Shown in pieces: positions 1-7,677 of a stretch of 14,413 nucleotides of DNA (positions within the stretch are counted from its first letter, which is position 1; every line of letters starts with the position of its first letter). A program made the translations under genes and the position numbers. Source of the DNA: a virus. Lineage: Duplodnaviria; Heunggongvirae; Uroviricota; Caudoviricetes. Under the pieces are notes generated by a model. It ran no database searches and was not told the origin of the DNA. It was given only the letters and a program-made list of their open reading frames with translations. The DNA lies in IMG/VR virus record IMGVR_UViG_2663762810_000008. One strand, written 5' to 3'.

Positions 1-319
1 TTGCCTCCCCCCCGTTGATGGGTAAAATAGCCGCAATTTTTCGTTTTCAACAAGCGCGGCGCGATGCCGCTTACTCAAGAAGAAAGAATTATGACGTTGT
101 CTCCTTATTTGCAAGAGGTGGCGAAGCGCCGCACTTTTGCCATTATTTCTCACCCCAATAATTAATCCCAAATTAAAGCTCTTTTACTCTTTCAAAATCC
201 TTTCAGTTAATTGAGGTCTGGTTATATAACTCATTTAAATACATATAGTTATGTGGCTTCTTTAATTGAAAATTCTTTCATGTAACTTTAAATCGATCAG
301 GTTGCTTTCATCAAAAATC

Positions 320-376
320 TGTACATATGCTTGTACATAATGTACAAAGCAGCAGAGGTGTTTTGCGATTTGTACA
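320..376. promoter_or_regulatory. Four copies of the palindromic hexamer TGTACA (320-325, 332-337, 341-346, 371-376) immediately upstream of the integrase start; candidate operator or integrase/accessory-protein binding array
   Basis: Direct: four exact TGTACA copies within 57 bp ending 10 bp before the integrase ATG at 386. Function is inference. Confidence 0.3.
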
Positions 377-385
377 AGGTGAGTA

Positions 386-1609
386 ATGGCGCTGTCTGAT
401 GCGTGGTTGCGTTCAGTCGTTGGAAAGGAACGTGATAAGGTTTTGGTTAAATCCGATCGTGATGGTCTGTCTGTCAGAGTATCACCGAAAGGTCGCGTAG
501 TGTTTCAATATCGTTATCAATGGGCAGGGAAAGGTGAGCGTCTTGATATCGGAACTTACCCGGCAACTGGATTAAAAGAGGCCAGAGAAGAAGTTATCCG
601 TCTCCGTGGTGAACTCGAGTCAAACCGTAATCCACGATTGGTCAAGCAGGCTGAAAAACGAAAAGCTACTGAAGCCATGACGGTAGAGTCTGTGATCCGT
701 GCCTGGTATGAAGCATATTGTGTAAAAAATAAAAAGGGTTCTGAACAGATACTCCGCTCGTTTGAGCTGCACCTGTTCTCTAAAATCGGGAATATCCCTC
801 ACGATGCAGCTACATTGCATGATTGGTTAGAAGTCCTGGAGCCTCTTAGCACTAAGACTCCAGCAATAGCAGACCGATTGCTAATTAACGCAAAGCAGGC
901 CCATGTCTGGGCGTATAAGAGAAAGCTTATTGAAACTCGCCCGCTGTCGGATATCACGGGTAAAGATATGGATATCCGTAAAGGTCAGAAGAAACGGTTT
1001 CTGACACACGATGAAATTAAAATTCTTTATGCTGCGATCGATGGCTCTAGAATGGTTCCCAAATACCGGGCCTTCATTAAACTATTACTGCATTTTGGTT
1101 GCCGTAGTTCGGAGCTAATTACTGCTAGGGTGGGTGATTTTGATTTCATAAATAAGGTATGGACTGTACCACCTGAACGACATAAGACAGGGGACATAAC
1201 AGGCGAACCGCTAAAGCGGCCCATTATTGAACCGGTTGAAGAGCTTATAAAATACGTTATCTCTATGAACAACGGTTCCGATATGCTTTTTACTAAGGAA
1301 GGAAGCAGGGAGCCAGTCGGTAGGACATCATTACAGTCGCTGCCTTACAATTTAATGCAGTACGCGTGGCGGCGTTTAGGATATCAATTCCCTCATTGGT
1401 CTCTTCATGACTTGAGACGGACAGCACGAACAAATTTTTCTGATCTTACTGCGCCTCATATCGCAGAAATTATGCTTGGTCATAAGCTGCCAGGGGTATG
1501 GCAAGTTTATGATAAGAGCGATTATCTAGAAGAACAGCGTAAAGCTTACCTGGCATGGTGGAAGAGGGTTGAATCGATTGTTAATTGTACTATCTCTGAT
1601 TCAAACTGA
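386..1609 (+). CDS. Tyrosine site-specific integrase, P4-like family
   Basis: 407-aa ORF with ATG start and AGGTGA ribosome-binding site upstream. N-terminal arm-binding-type region (ALSDAWLR...YRYQWAGKGERLDIGTYP), catalytic-region motifs HDLRRT and LGH, and a C-terminal tyrosine region (VWQVYDKSDY) typical of the family. Family call from motif memory, not a search. Confidence 0.9.
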   Translation: MALSDAWLRSVVGKERDKVLVKSDRDGLSVRVSPKGRVVFQYRYQWAGKGERLDIGTYPATGLKEAREEVIRLRGELESNRNPRLVKQAEKRKATEAMTVESVIRAWYEAYCVKNKKGSEQILRSFELHLFSKIGNIPHDAATLHDWLEVLEPLSTKTPAIADRLLINAKQAHVWAYKRKLIETRPLSDITGKDMDIRKGQKKRFLTHDEIKILYAAIDGSRMVPKYRAFIKLLLHFGCRSSELITARVGDFDFINKVWTVPPERHKTGDITGEPLKRPIIEPVEELIKYVISMNNGSDMLFTKEGSREPVGRTSLQSLPYNLMQYAWRRLGYQFPHWSLHDLRRTARTNFSDLTAPHIAEIMLGHKLPGVWQVYDKSDYLEEQRKAYLAWWKRVESIVNCTISDSN

Positions 1610-1894
1610 CGGTTTGTATCACCTGAACATAACCAAATCTCCTAGCACACTTTGAGCGAGATGTGAGCGTTAAGTTTACGCCATTGTGTTGACATAAGAG
1701 GGCACGGGTATAGATATCATCACTATCCCTATGCCCCTAAATCGCTCCTGCTATTTGATAAATGCAGATGTTTACCACCAAATGTTTTTGATACTATAGG
1801 TTGATTCATGATTTACCTAGAAACTTAGTTGTAACGAAAACTTCTTAACGGACACTATCTGGATAAAGTTAGTTTTTTATTTAAGAGGGTTAAC

Positions 1895-2614
1895 ATGTCA
1901 AAGTTAAAAAATGAACCATTAGTAAGGGTATCAGAAGAAGACGGAATAGAAATAAGGAAGATCCAATATCCAGATAATACGATAGAAAGAGTTTATAAGC
2001 AGAAAGGTGTAATATTACCACGAATACCTTTAAAAGGCCGCTTTGTAGAACAATATGTGGCCTTACAGTTGCTGGATAAAGATCTTCGGAATGTTATTGG
2101 TTGGGAGAATATAATAAAAAACATTTGTAATAACATTAATAGAGAACAACACTTTATTTATCCTGATTTAGAAAAGAATCTAATATTAAAGTCTTTATTT
2201 ATATCAAAAGTTGTTACTTACGGTAAGTGTTTTACAGAGGCGAAAGGGCGTCGATTCACATTGCAGAGAAAGCATGTGCCAGAAAAATACAGAGATTTAC
2301 ATGATTCTATTATGAATGTTAGACATAACTTTGCTGCCCATAAAGGTGAATTTGAATATGATCAATGTGGCTTGGTTTTAATATTGCCGGGGACCAAGAA
2401 AAAAAGGTGCTATCATATTTTTTCAGAACTCAATCAAATAAATTATGGTAATAATGAGGAAGATGATGAACGTTTTTTTATGTTATATGATTCACTGCGT
2501 AAAGTCATTAAAGAAAAACGAGATAAATTAATTGATAAAATATACGCTGAAAAGATTCATACTCAAACAATGGAGTATTGGTTGAGCCGAACAGGAAAAG
2601 AAACAGAGATTTAA
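1895..2614 (+). CDS. Hypothetical protein, 239 aa, AT-rich orphan gene with no family recognised; candidate accessory or defence cargo
   Basis: Clean ORF with ATG start and AGAGGG 5 nt upstream. Codon usage is visibly AT-rich (Lys/Asn/Ile/Glu-rich protein) compared with the flanking integrase and early operon. No transmembrane segment, P-loop or other motif recognised; an R-x5-H match (RHNFAAH, aa 143-149) is too degenerate to call HEPN. Confidence 0.6.
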   Translation: MSKLKNEPLVRVSEEDGIEIRKIQYPDNTIERVYKQKGVILPRIPLKGRFVEQYVALQLLDKDLRNVIGWENIIKNICNNINREQHFIYPDLEKNLILKSLFISKVVTYGKCFTEAKGRRFTLQRKHVPEKYRDLHDSIMNVRHNFAAHKGEFEYDQCGLVLILPGTKKKRCYHIFSELNQINYGNNEEDDERFFMLYDSLRKVIKEKRDKLIDKIYAEKIHTQTMEYWLSRTGKETEI

Positions 2615-2810
2615 TTTGTTCAGTATATAAAAGCTAATTTTTAAGGAGTAATTTTCAGATGATTAAAGCTGATTACATTGCGATAGGTACTCTACGACTA
2701 ACTTTTCAACAAGAGTAAGGGGGTAATCAATTTTATTTGTATCAATGGTATGACATTTCTTGGCGATAATGTTTTGATCTTATCGATTCATGTCATATGG
2801 TCATTGGTAA

Positions 2811-2842
2811 CGTCCGCTCTTGTTAAAGAGTGGACGCTCAGA
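2811..2842 (+). terminator. Candidate intrinsic terminator for the orphan-gene transcript
   Basis: Direct: 11-bp stem (2811-2821 with 2826-2836, loop GTTA) that is perfect in the plus-strand RNA through one G-U pair but has a C-A mismatch on the minus strand, followed by a moderately T-rich tail (GATTTGGTTTGG). Confidence 0.35.
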
Positions 2843-2896
2843 TTTGGTTTGGCATCTAATCATAGATGTGTCAGCTCACATCTAAGCTAATACATA

Positions 2897-3091
2897 TTAA
2901 TCAATCACTCCCGCAAATCTGTAAATCTTGTGTGATGCCCATTTATTTGGGCAGGATTTAATATCAGGATCTGGAAAGTCAGGCCTGTATTTCTGGCCAG
3001 TTCTCCTGTTTACGCTGTTCCAGCGAAGAACTGTCGATACTGAAACACCACAGAAATCGGCGACTTGTTTAGTTGTCATTAAGTTGTTCAT
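2897..3091 (-). CDS. Excisionase/AlpA-family helix-turn-helix DNA-binding protein
   Basis: 64-aa ORF; segment TTKQVADFCGVSVSTVLRW resembles excisionase/AlpA-type HTH proteins. Start ATG overlaps the upstream stop as TAATG (translational coupling). Confidence 0.65.
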   Translation of the reverse strand: MNNLMTTKQVADFCGVSVSTVLRWNSVNRRTGQKYRPDFPDPDIKSCPNKWASHKIYRFAGVID

Positions 3092-3711
3092 TACTTCACC
3101 TCCTGCGGCGGCTCCGGTAGCGGCATCCAGTGGGTTACTTTCGATGCCGGTTCTTCCCCATTGTCAGTAACTGCCCACCATTTGTTTCTCGAACAATCGT
3201 AATACCCTTCGAAGGTATCGTACTCAGTCCAGCCGTAAGACTTACCCCAACACCAAACATACTGTTTATCGTTCGGCATTCGCTCACTACAGCTTATCCA
3301 ACCATCCGGAGTTACCGGAGAGTTGCCCGACAGCTCGTTCAACTTGTAAGTCTGGCTTACAGGTTCGGCACCATTAAGCATGGCGGCGCGGCAGGCGTTC
3401 CAGCCTTCATCAAAGCCGACTATGCCATTATTTAAAGACGGACGAGCATCTGGCACCACCGGCACTGGCTTGGCTATATATAGCGGCTGAACATACCAGC
3501 CCTTTGATAACCAACTGTCAGCAATGTTTTTACTCCTCGTTATTGCCGGAATACCTAAGCCATTTTCTGAATGCAGCCATGCCACCGGCTCCTCTTCTAG
3601 CGATGCCAGAGCAATTTCATAAGCACGGCGCTCAATATCGTCTCGAACCTCTAGGCTGCTGATTCGTTCTTTGATTTCTTTAATCAGTTCTTTATTGGTA
3701 AATGTGGTCAT
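3091..3711 (-). CDS. DUF551-like prophage protein
   Basis: 206-aa ORF with C-terminal W-rich motif KWWAVTDNGEEP...THWMPLPEPP, remembered as characteristic of DUF551 (YfdS-like) prophage proteins. TAATG overlap with the upstream gene. Confidence 0.65.
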   Translation of the reverse strand: MTTFTNKELIKEIKERISSLEVRDDIERRAYEIALASLEEEPVAWLHSENGLGIPAITRSKNIADSWLSKGWYVQPLYIAKPVPVVPDARPSLNNGIVGFDEGWNACRAAMLNGAEPVSQTYKLNELSGNSPVTPDGWISCSERMPNDKQYVWCWGKSYGWTEYDTFEGYYDCSRNKWWAVTDNGEEPASKVTHWMPLPEPPQEVK

Positions 3712-4073
3712 TATGCTCCAGCCTCCGGCGCTTTTGGCATTACTGCCCAGTGAGTGATATTGAAGTTTTCAAGGTCCCCGACCTGAAATGTCCACTGCCA
3801 TTCTCCGGTTTCTTTTTGTCCCCAGGTGTACCAGAGAGAACGCCAGCCAATCAGCCAGCCTTCTCCGTTAGCATCAAATAACAGAACACTTTCATTTGCT
3901 GGTGGCAGTTCAGCTGACACTGGTATTATTTTGTTTTCCAGTGCCGCACATTTAGCTTCAAGCGCGTCGAATTTACGTACCAGGTACTCAGCATTTGTTT
4001 CGTTCACTTTCAGATCTCGCGGTACACATTTACCGCGAAGAAACCCTTCCATTTCGAAAACATTCATGCGCAT
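3711..4073 (-). CDS. Small DUF551-like paralog
   Basis: 120-aa ORF ending in ITHWAVMPKAPE, similar to the C-terminus of the adjacent gene. GGAG ribosome-binding site 8 nt upstream of the ATG at 4073; overlaps the upstream gene by 10 nt. Confidence 0.55.
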   Translation of the reverse strand: MRMNVFEMEGFLRGKCVPRDLKVNETNAEYLVRKFDALEAKCAALENKIIPVSAELPPANESVLLFDANGEGWLIGWRSLWYTWGQKETGEWQWTFQVGDLENFNITHWAVMPKAPEAGA

Positions 4074-4600
4074 TTGCGTAACTCCGATAACTCGTTAAAA
4101 CGTTCCATAAACATCCCGTAGGCATGGCTAGGTGCCAGTGGAATCACGTTGAACATCTCTGTTGCCGGGATGCCTTCCAGTACAGGCCAGAAAGAGCCAT
4201 CATCAAGCCCGAGATCGCGGCGTTCGGTTGCCAGCATGATAAGATCGGCATATTTCACGGGCGTACTCATAACTGGGGGTAACCCGTATTTCTCACGGAT
4301 TACGGCGTCAATTTTTTCTTCCATCCGTTTATAGTCAGGAAGAAGGCGTTTCAGTGGAGCGGGAATATCCTGGCAATACGCTTCTGTTGCATCATGCATT
4401 AACGCTTCAAAAGCAAATTCCTGCGGCACCAGCTGGCTGCAAAGCACCGCATGTTGGGCGACACTGTAGAAGTGAGAAAGATGACCGGCAAAGCGGCAGA
4501 TATTTGAAAGGGAAACCGCGATATCGTTAATCACGATGTCGTCTTTATTTATCTTGTCATAATAAAAATGCTTCCCGGAAAAAGTTTTAATAAATGACAT
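4064..4600 (-). CDS. HD-domain phosphohydrolase (YfdR-like 5'-deoxynucleotidase family)
   Basis: HD motif (ALMHDATEAY) plus upstream His (FAGHLSH). The track ORF begins at a GTG at 4627; the first ATG (4600, MSFIKTFSGKHFYYDK) has a GGAG site 6 nt upstream and is taken as the start (178 aa). Confidence 0.75.
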   Translation of the reverse strand: MSFIKTFSGKHFYYDKINKDDIVINDIAVSLSNICRFAGHLSHFYSVAQHAVLCSQLVPQEFAFEALMHDATEAYCQDIPAPLKRLLPDYKRMEEKIDAVIREKYGLPPVMSTPVKYADLIMLATERRDLGLDDGSFWPVLEGIPATEMFNVIPLAPSHAYGMFMERFNELSELRKCA

Positions 4601-4727
4601 TTTGTTCTCCACGTATATGCGCTGCACCGCGCTGAGTTTGGGTAAAAGGAAGCCCTCACCATCCGGTGATTATTGAGTTAATTACGTTTCCATAAATGCC
4701 CCCGCAGGGGCATTTGCAGTAATGAAA

Positions 4728-5345
4728 TCAGGCGGTGAAAGTACCAATAAAGGTTTCTACTTTGCTGTCTTTGAATTTCTCAACAAGCAGATCACGAAAT
4801 TCGTTAGCCATATCTTCCTGCACCGCTTCCAGCTGAATAATGCGCAGAACCAGTACAGGACGATCGCCAGTGATAATGCTGAGGCGTAATTTAAACGGAC
4901 GTTCTTTCAGACCTTCAAACGGAACGCATTTAATTTCAAATGCCACTGGCATAATGTCTTTGGTCTTCGCTTCGACAGATTCCATCAGGGAGCGTTTGCC
5001 GCTGAAGTCATTATCTTCAAAATCAGCGGTCTGGTTTGCTTCAATCGTGATTTTACGGACTGCCGCAGCTGCTTTTGTTGCCTGAATAGCGTCACCATTA
5101 GCATCAAAGCCCACAAGGTAGTCGGCCCAGTCTTCAATCCATTCTGCCAGTGACTTCTGGGAGTTACGCTCGCCGTTAACAGACAACAGGGCAGAGAACG
5201 GTGCTGTCTTTTTCAGTTTGAGAGTGGCGGTGTTATCTGCGTGACCTGGTTCATCAATAGTACCCAGGTTAAGTACACTGACGGCACGCATATTATCAGC
5301 ATCGATAAAGGTATTGTCCTGGATGAAAAAAGGACCCGGCTTCAT
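4728..5345 (-). CDS. DUF2303/YfdQ-like prophage early protein
   Basis: 205-aa ORF; resemblance to YfdQ-type proteins is from memory and uncertain. The 5' end lies antisense to the Q-homologous sequence, so the true start may be an internal Met (for example at 5291). Confidence 0.55.
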   Translation of the reverse strand: MKPGPFFIQDNTFIDADNMRAVSVLNLGTIDEPGHADNTATLKLKKTAPFSALLSVNGERNSQKSLAEWIEDWADYLVGFDANGDAIQATKAAAAVRKITIEANQTADFEDNDFSGKRSLMESVEAKTKDIMPVAFEIKCVPFEGLKERPFKLRLSIITGDRPVLVLRIIQLEAVQEDMANEFRDLLVEKFKDSKVETFIGTFTA

Positions 5346-5561
5346 GGCGCGCCTGTTTATAAGATTTGTGGGCGTTGCAATGGAAACCGGTTTAGTCGTT
5401 TACCAACGACACTGGCGCGGTGTCATGTCCAGAAGCTGGTACCAGACCTGACTGATTATCAGTGGTACAAAGGATATGCAGATGTCATTGATAAACTGGT
5501 TACAAAGTGCTGGCAGGAAGAAGCATATGCTGAGGTGCAATTAAGAAAAGTGACGAGATAA
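5331..5561 (+). pseudogene. 5'-truncated lambda-type Q antiterminator remnant (C-terminal ~70 aa only)
   Basis: Translation [76 protein letters not shown] matches the remembered C-terminus of phage lambda Q (…ECGRCKGVGYSRMPASAAYRAVTMLIPNLTQPTWSRTVKPLYDALVVQCHKEESIADNILNAVTR). No in-frame start exists after the overlap with the opposite-strand gene. Confidence 0.6.
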
Positions 5562-5592
5562 ATGATTTTCGCCGAAGATGGCGACGTAATGC

Positions 5593-5621
5593 TTGCATTT
5601 TTCAAAAAATATGGATAAAAT
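5593..5621 (+). promoter_or_regulatory. Sigma-70-type promoter in the position of a late promoter pR'
   Basis: Direct: TTGCAT (5593-5598), 17-bp spacer, TAAAAT (5616-5621), about 30 bp downstream of the Q-remnant stop. Assignment as pR' is by position. Confidence 0.45.
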
Positions 5622-5666
5622 TTTTTCAACGATGGGCTTTATATACCCGACGTTAAGAAAAAGTAG

Positions 5667-5691
5667 AAAACCCGCTGATGAGCGGGTTTTT
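5667..5691. terminator. Intrinsic terminator hairpin in the position of tR', bidirectional in form
   Basis: Direct: AAAACCCGCT-GATG-AGCGGGTTTT; GC-rich stem (CCCGCT/AGCGGG) flanked by an A-run and a T-run, about 45 nt downstream of the predicted promoter. Confidence 0.6.
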
Positions 5692-5976
5692 GTGCTTTAA
5701 ATAGGGTAATAGAGATGTTGAATCTCATTCCGGGATTCATGTTTGTTTACTTATTATTTATCGGGTGACTTTGCCTGATGTTTAAAATGTTTTCTTCCAG
5801 TACTATGTCCCTAGATACAATGAGTCTGCATATTACATTATTAGCAGAGCTATTACGGTCAAAGTACAGCATAAGCTTTTAAAGCCAATCAACCAGTCAT
5901 CAAGACAGACGGGGTTATTCATGAAAACTCTCCATGTTTGATTCGATGGGGCCTGAAATTAAAGCTTTAATATAGC

Positions 5977-6189
5977 TCATGAAAGGTAAACATTGGCAGC
6001 TGAAGGGCCACGCAGACCATTTATCCGGCAAAATTCCACGCGTAATCCGGTGGTAATTTCTTCTGCATCGCGGAGATTGAGCGCTGAAACATGAAGCTGG
6101 ACATCGATACGACCATCGGATGGGGTGATAAGACCCTTGCCGCTTTTGCCGTCAAAGGTTTTGACAATTCCTGTCATTTTACGGGACAA
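5977..6189 (-). CDS. cspF: CspA-family cold-shock protein, CspF/CspH subtype
   Basis: Translation (M)[26 protein letters not shown]...[21 protein letters not shown] matches remembered CspF/CspH. The codon at 6189 is TTG, with an AAGGA site 7 nt upstream; the first in-frame ATG is at 6177. Divergent from cspB, as in Qin-type prophages. Confidence 0.8.
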
Positions 6190-6489
6190 AAAAATTCCTT
6201 AATACTGATAACTGGGCGCACTATACACACGTTCCTGAAGAAAGCTATAGTTTTTTGATGGGGTTGAAGATGGCTGGATGTCTAAAATAAACATTGCTTC
6301 ATATGTTCAACTATGCGTTAATGATTGCGTCGGTTTGAAGAACAGACGATATACGAAGTAGTTTACTAAAGCAGTTCTCATTTCAGGTGTTATTCACTTA
6401 TTCCTTCTTTGAGTCTCTCCAATTAAGTACGAAGTCGTTTCTGTTATACAAGCCATTTATGCCGAAAGGCTCAAGTTAAGGAATGTAGA

Positions 6490-6705
6490 ATGTCAAATAA
6501 AATGACTGGTTTAGTAAAATGGTTTAACGCTGATAAAGGTTTTGGCTTTATTTCTCCTGTTGATGGTAGTAAAGATGTGTTTGTGCATTTTTCTGCGATT
6601 CAGAATGATAATTTTCGAACCTTATTTGAAGGTCAAAAGGTTACCTTCTCTGTAGAGAGTGGTGCTAAAGGTCCTGCAGCAGCAAATGTCATAATTACTG
6701 ATTAA
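6490..6705 (+). CDS. cspB: Cold-shock protein CspB
   Basis: 71-aa translation [53 protein letters not shown]... carries the RNP1/RNP2 motifs of the cold-shock domain; AAGGAA ribosome-binding site and a long AT-rich 5' leader. Confidence 0.9.
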   Translation: MSNKMTGLVKWFNADKGFGFISPVDGSKDVFVHFSAIQNDNFRTLFEGQKVTFSVESGAKGPAAANVIITD

Positions 6706-6986
6706 AATTCATAGTTTGTCTGTATACGATAACGAAGAAGGCTGATGCCTGAGTGGAGATACAGACAGAGTGGTGAATATTGGATCTCTTTAATAAATAG
6801 TAAGGAGGTCCAATACATGAAACAATGGCCAGCATATTTGGCAATAACTTAATCAGGAAAAGTATGCTAACCATTGTGGTGAAGTGCAGGTTTGCTGCAT
6901 GAATAGTTTTACAGCAGAAGCTAACTGCTGGCATAGCAAAACAAAGTGCGTAAGTGGATGACTCCCACAAAAAGTACCACAATATT

Positions 6987-7009
6987 AAACCCGCTCAGGC
7001 GGGTTTTTT
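6987..7009 (+). terminator. Intrinsic terminator downstream of cspB
   Basis: Direct: AAACCCGC-TCAG-GCGGGTTT followed by six T (7004-7009). Confidence 0.6.
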
Positions 7010-7068
7010 ATTATCTGCTTTAAATATGTTATTAAAATATAAAAAATACTTGTTACGAATAAAATCAA

Positions 7069-7239
7069 TCAAGCTACAGCTTTAAGATTTGTCTGGAATA
7101 CTTTGTTGCAATGAGGGCAGATCAAAAGGGCACCTTTTTGTACTCTTGAAAAACTGTGTTCTGACTCTTGGGTGCAGTTTGGGCAGGAACATTTAACGAG
7201 ATAATTACGGCGTGATTTTGAGTCTTTACGTTCTGACAT
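7069..7239 (-). CDS. Small zinc-ribbon protein (two CxxC pairs), 56 aa
   Basis: Translation MSERKDSKSRRNYLVKCSCPNCTQESEHSFSRVQKGALLICPHCNKVFQTNLKAVA has CPNC and CPHC pairs. AGGAAA site 6 nt upstream of the ATG at 7239; the longer track ORF (start 7290) has no ribosome-binding site. Confidence 0.45.
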   Translation of the reverse strand: MSERKDSKSRRNYLVKCSCPNCTQESEHSFSRVQKGALLICPHCNKVFQTNLKAVA

Positions 7240-7457
7240 AGGCTTTTCCTGTATAAATGGCCGTATACAGTACACTAAATATGAAAACATATCTCGTATT
7301 ATTATTTAATATATGATTTTCTTTTAAAATAATTACCCACATTTTTAATGTGTCTGTTTTTTAGCGCCGTTGAGAACAACGTTTGCTATAAAAACTAACC
7401 CATAGACTCCGATCTTTTCAAACATATTGCACCATCTGTGTACATCGGGGTGAGGAT

Positions 7458-7673
7458 ATGAAATCAATGGATAAGTTAACAACAGGTATCGCCTATGGCA
7501 CATCGGCTGGTAATGCTGGTTTCTGGGCATTGCAGTTACTCGATAAAGTAACTCCGTCACAGTGGGCTGCAATCGGTGTGCTGGGTAGTCTGGTTTTTGG
7601 CCTGCTGACGTATCTGACAAACCTTTATTTCAAGATTAAAGAAGACAGGCGTAAGGTTGCGAGAAGAGAGTAA
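7458..7673 (+). CDS. essQ: Phage 21 S-type pinholin (class II holin) with dual-start motif
   Basis: 71-aa translation [71 protein letters not shown] matches the remembered S21 pinholin; two hydrophobic segments; Met1-Lys-Ser-Met4 gives antiholin/holin dual starts; GAGGAT ribosome-binding site. Confidence 0.9.
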   Translation: MKSMDKLTTGIAYGTSAGNAGFWALQLLDKVTPSQWAAIGVLGSLVFGLLTYLTNLYFKIKEDRRKVARRE

Positions 7674-7677
7674 TCCA

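Noticed and set aside
620-1272. Two minus-strand ORFs (620-820, 1027-1272) inside the integrase gene
   Set aside because: Antisense to a well-supported integrase coding frame; no ribosome-binding sites; composition typical of shadow ORFs.
1689-1720. TTGACA hexamer as a promoter for the orphan gene
   Set aside because: No acceptable -10 element at 16-18 bp spacing, and it lies about 200 bp upstream of the start codon; not supported as a promoter.
2928-5085. Plus-strand ORFs 2928-3170, 3130-3435, 3826-4098, 4149-4334 and 4840-5085
   Set aside because: All lie antisense to the tightly coupled minus-strand early operon; the translations are Ser/Arg/Pro-rich and low in complexity, typical of GC-rich antisense frames.
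5241-5330. 5' portion of the 106-aa plus-strand ORF (5241-5561)
   Set aside because: Only the C-terminal part resembles Q; the upstream part overlaps the opposite-strand gene start and has no start codon of its own once the Q homology begins, so the full ORF is not called as a gene.
6695-6982. Minus-strand 95-aa ORF between cspB and the zinc-ribbon gene
   Set aside because: Overlaps the cspB 3' end and ends at the terminator hairpin; Cys/Phe-rich low-complexity translation; no ribosome-binding site.
7345-7620. Minus-strand 91-aa ORF overlapping the holin
   Set aside because: Antisense to the strongly supported pinholin gene.
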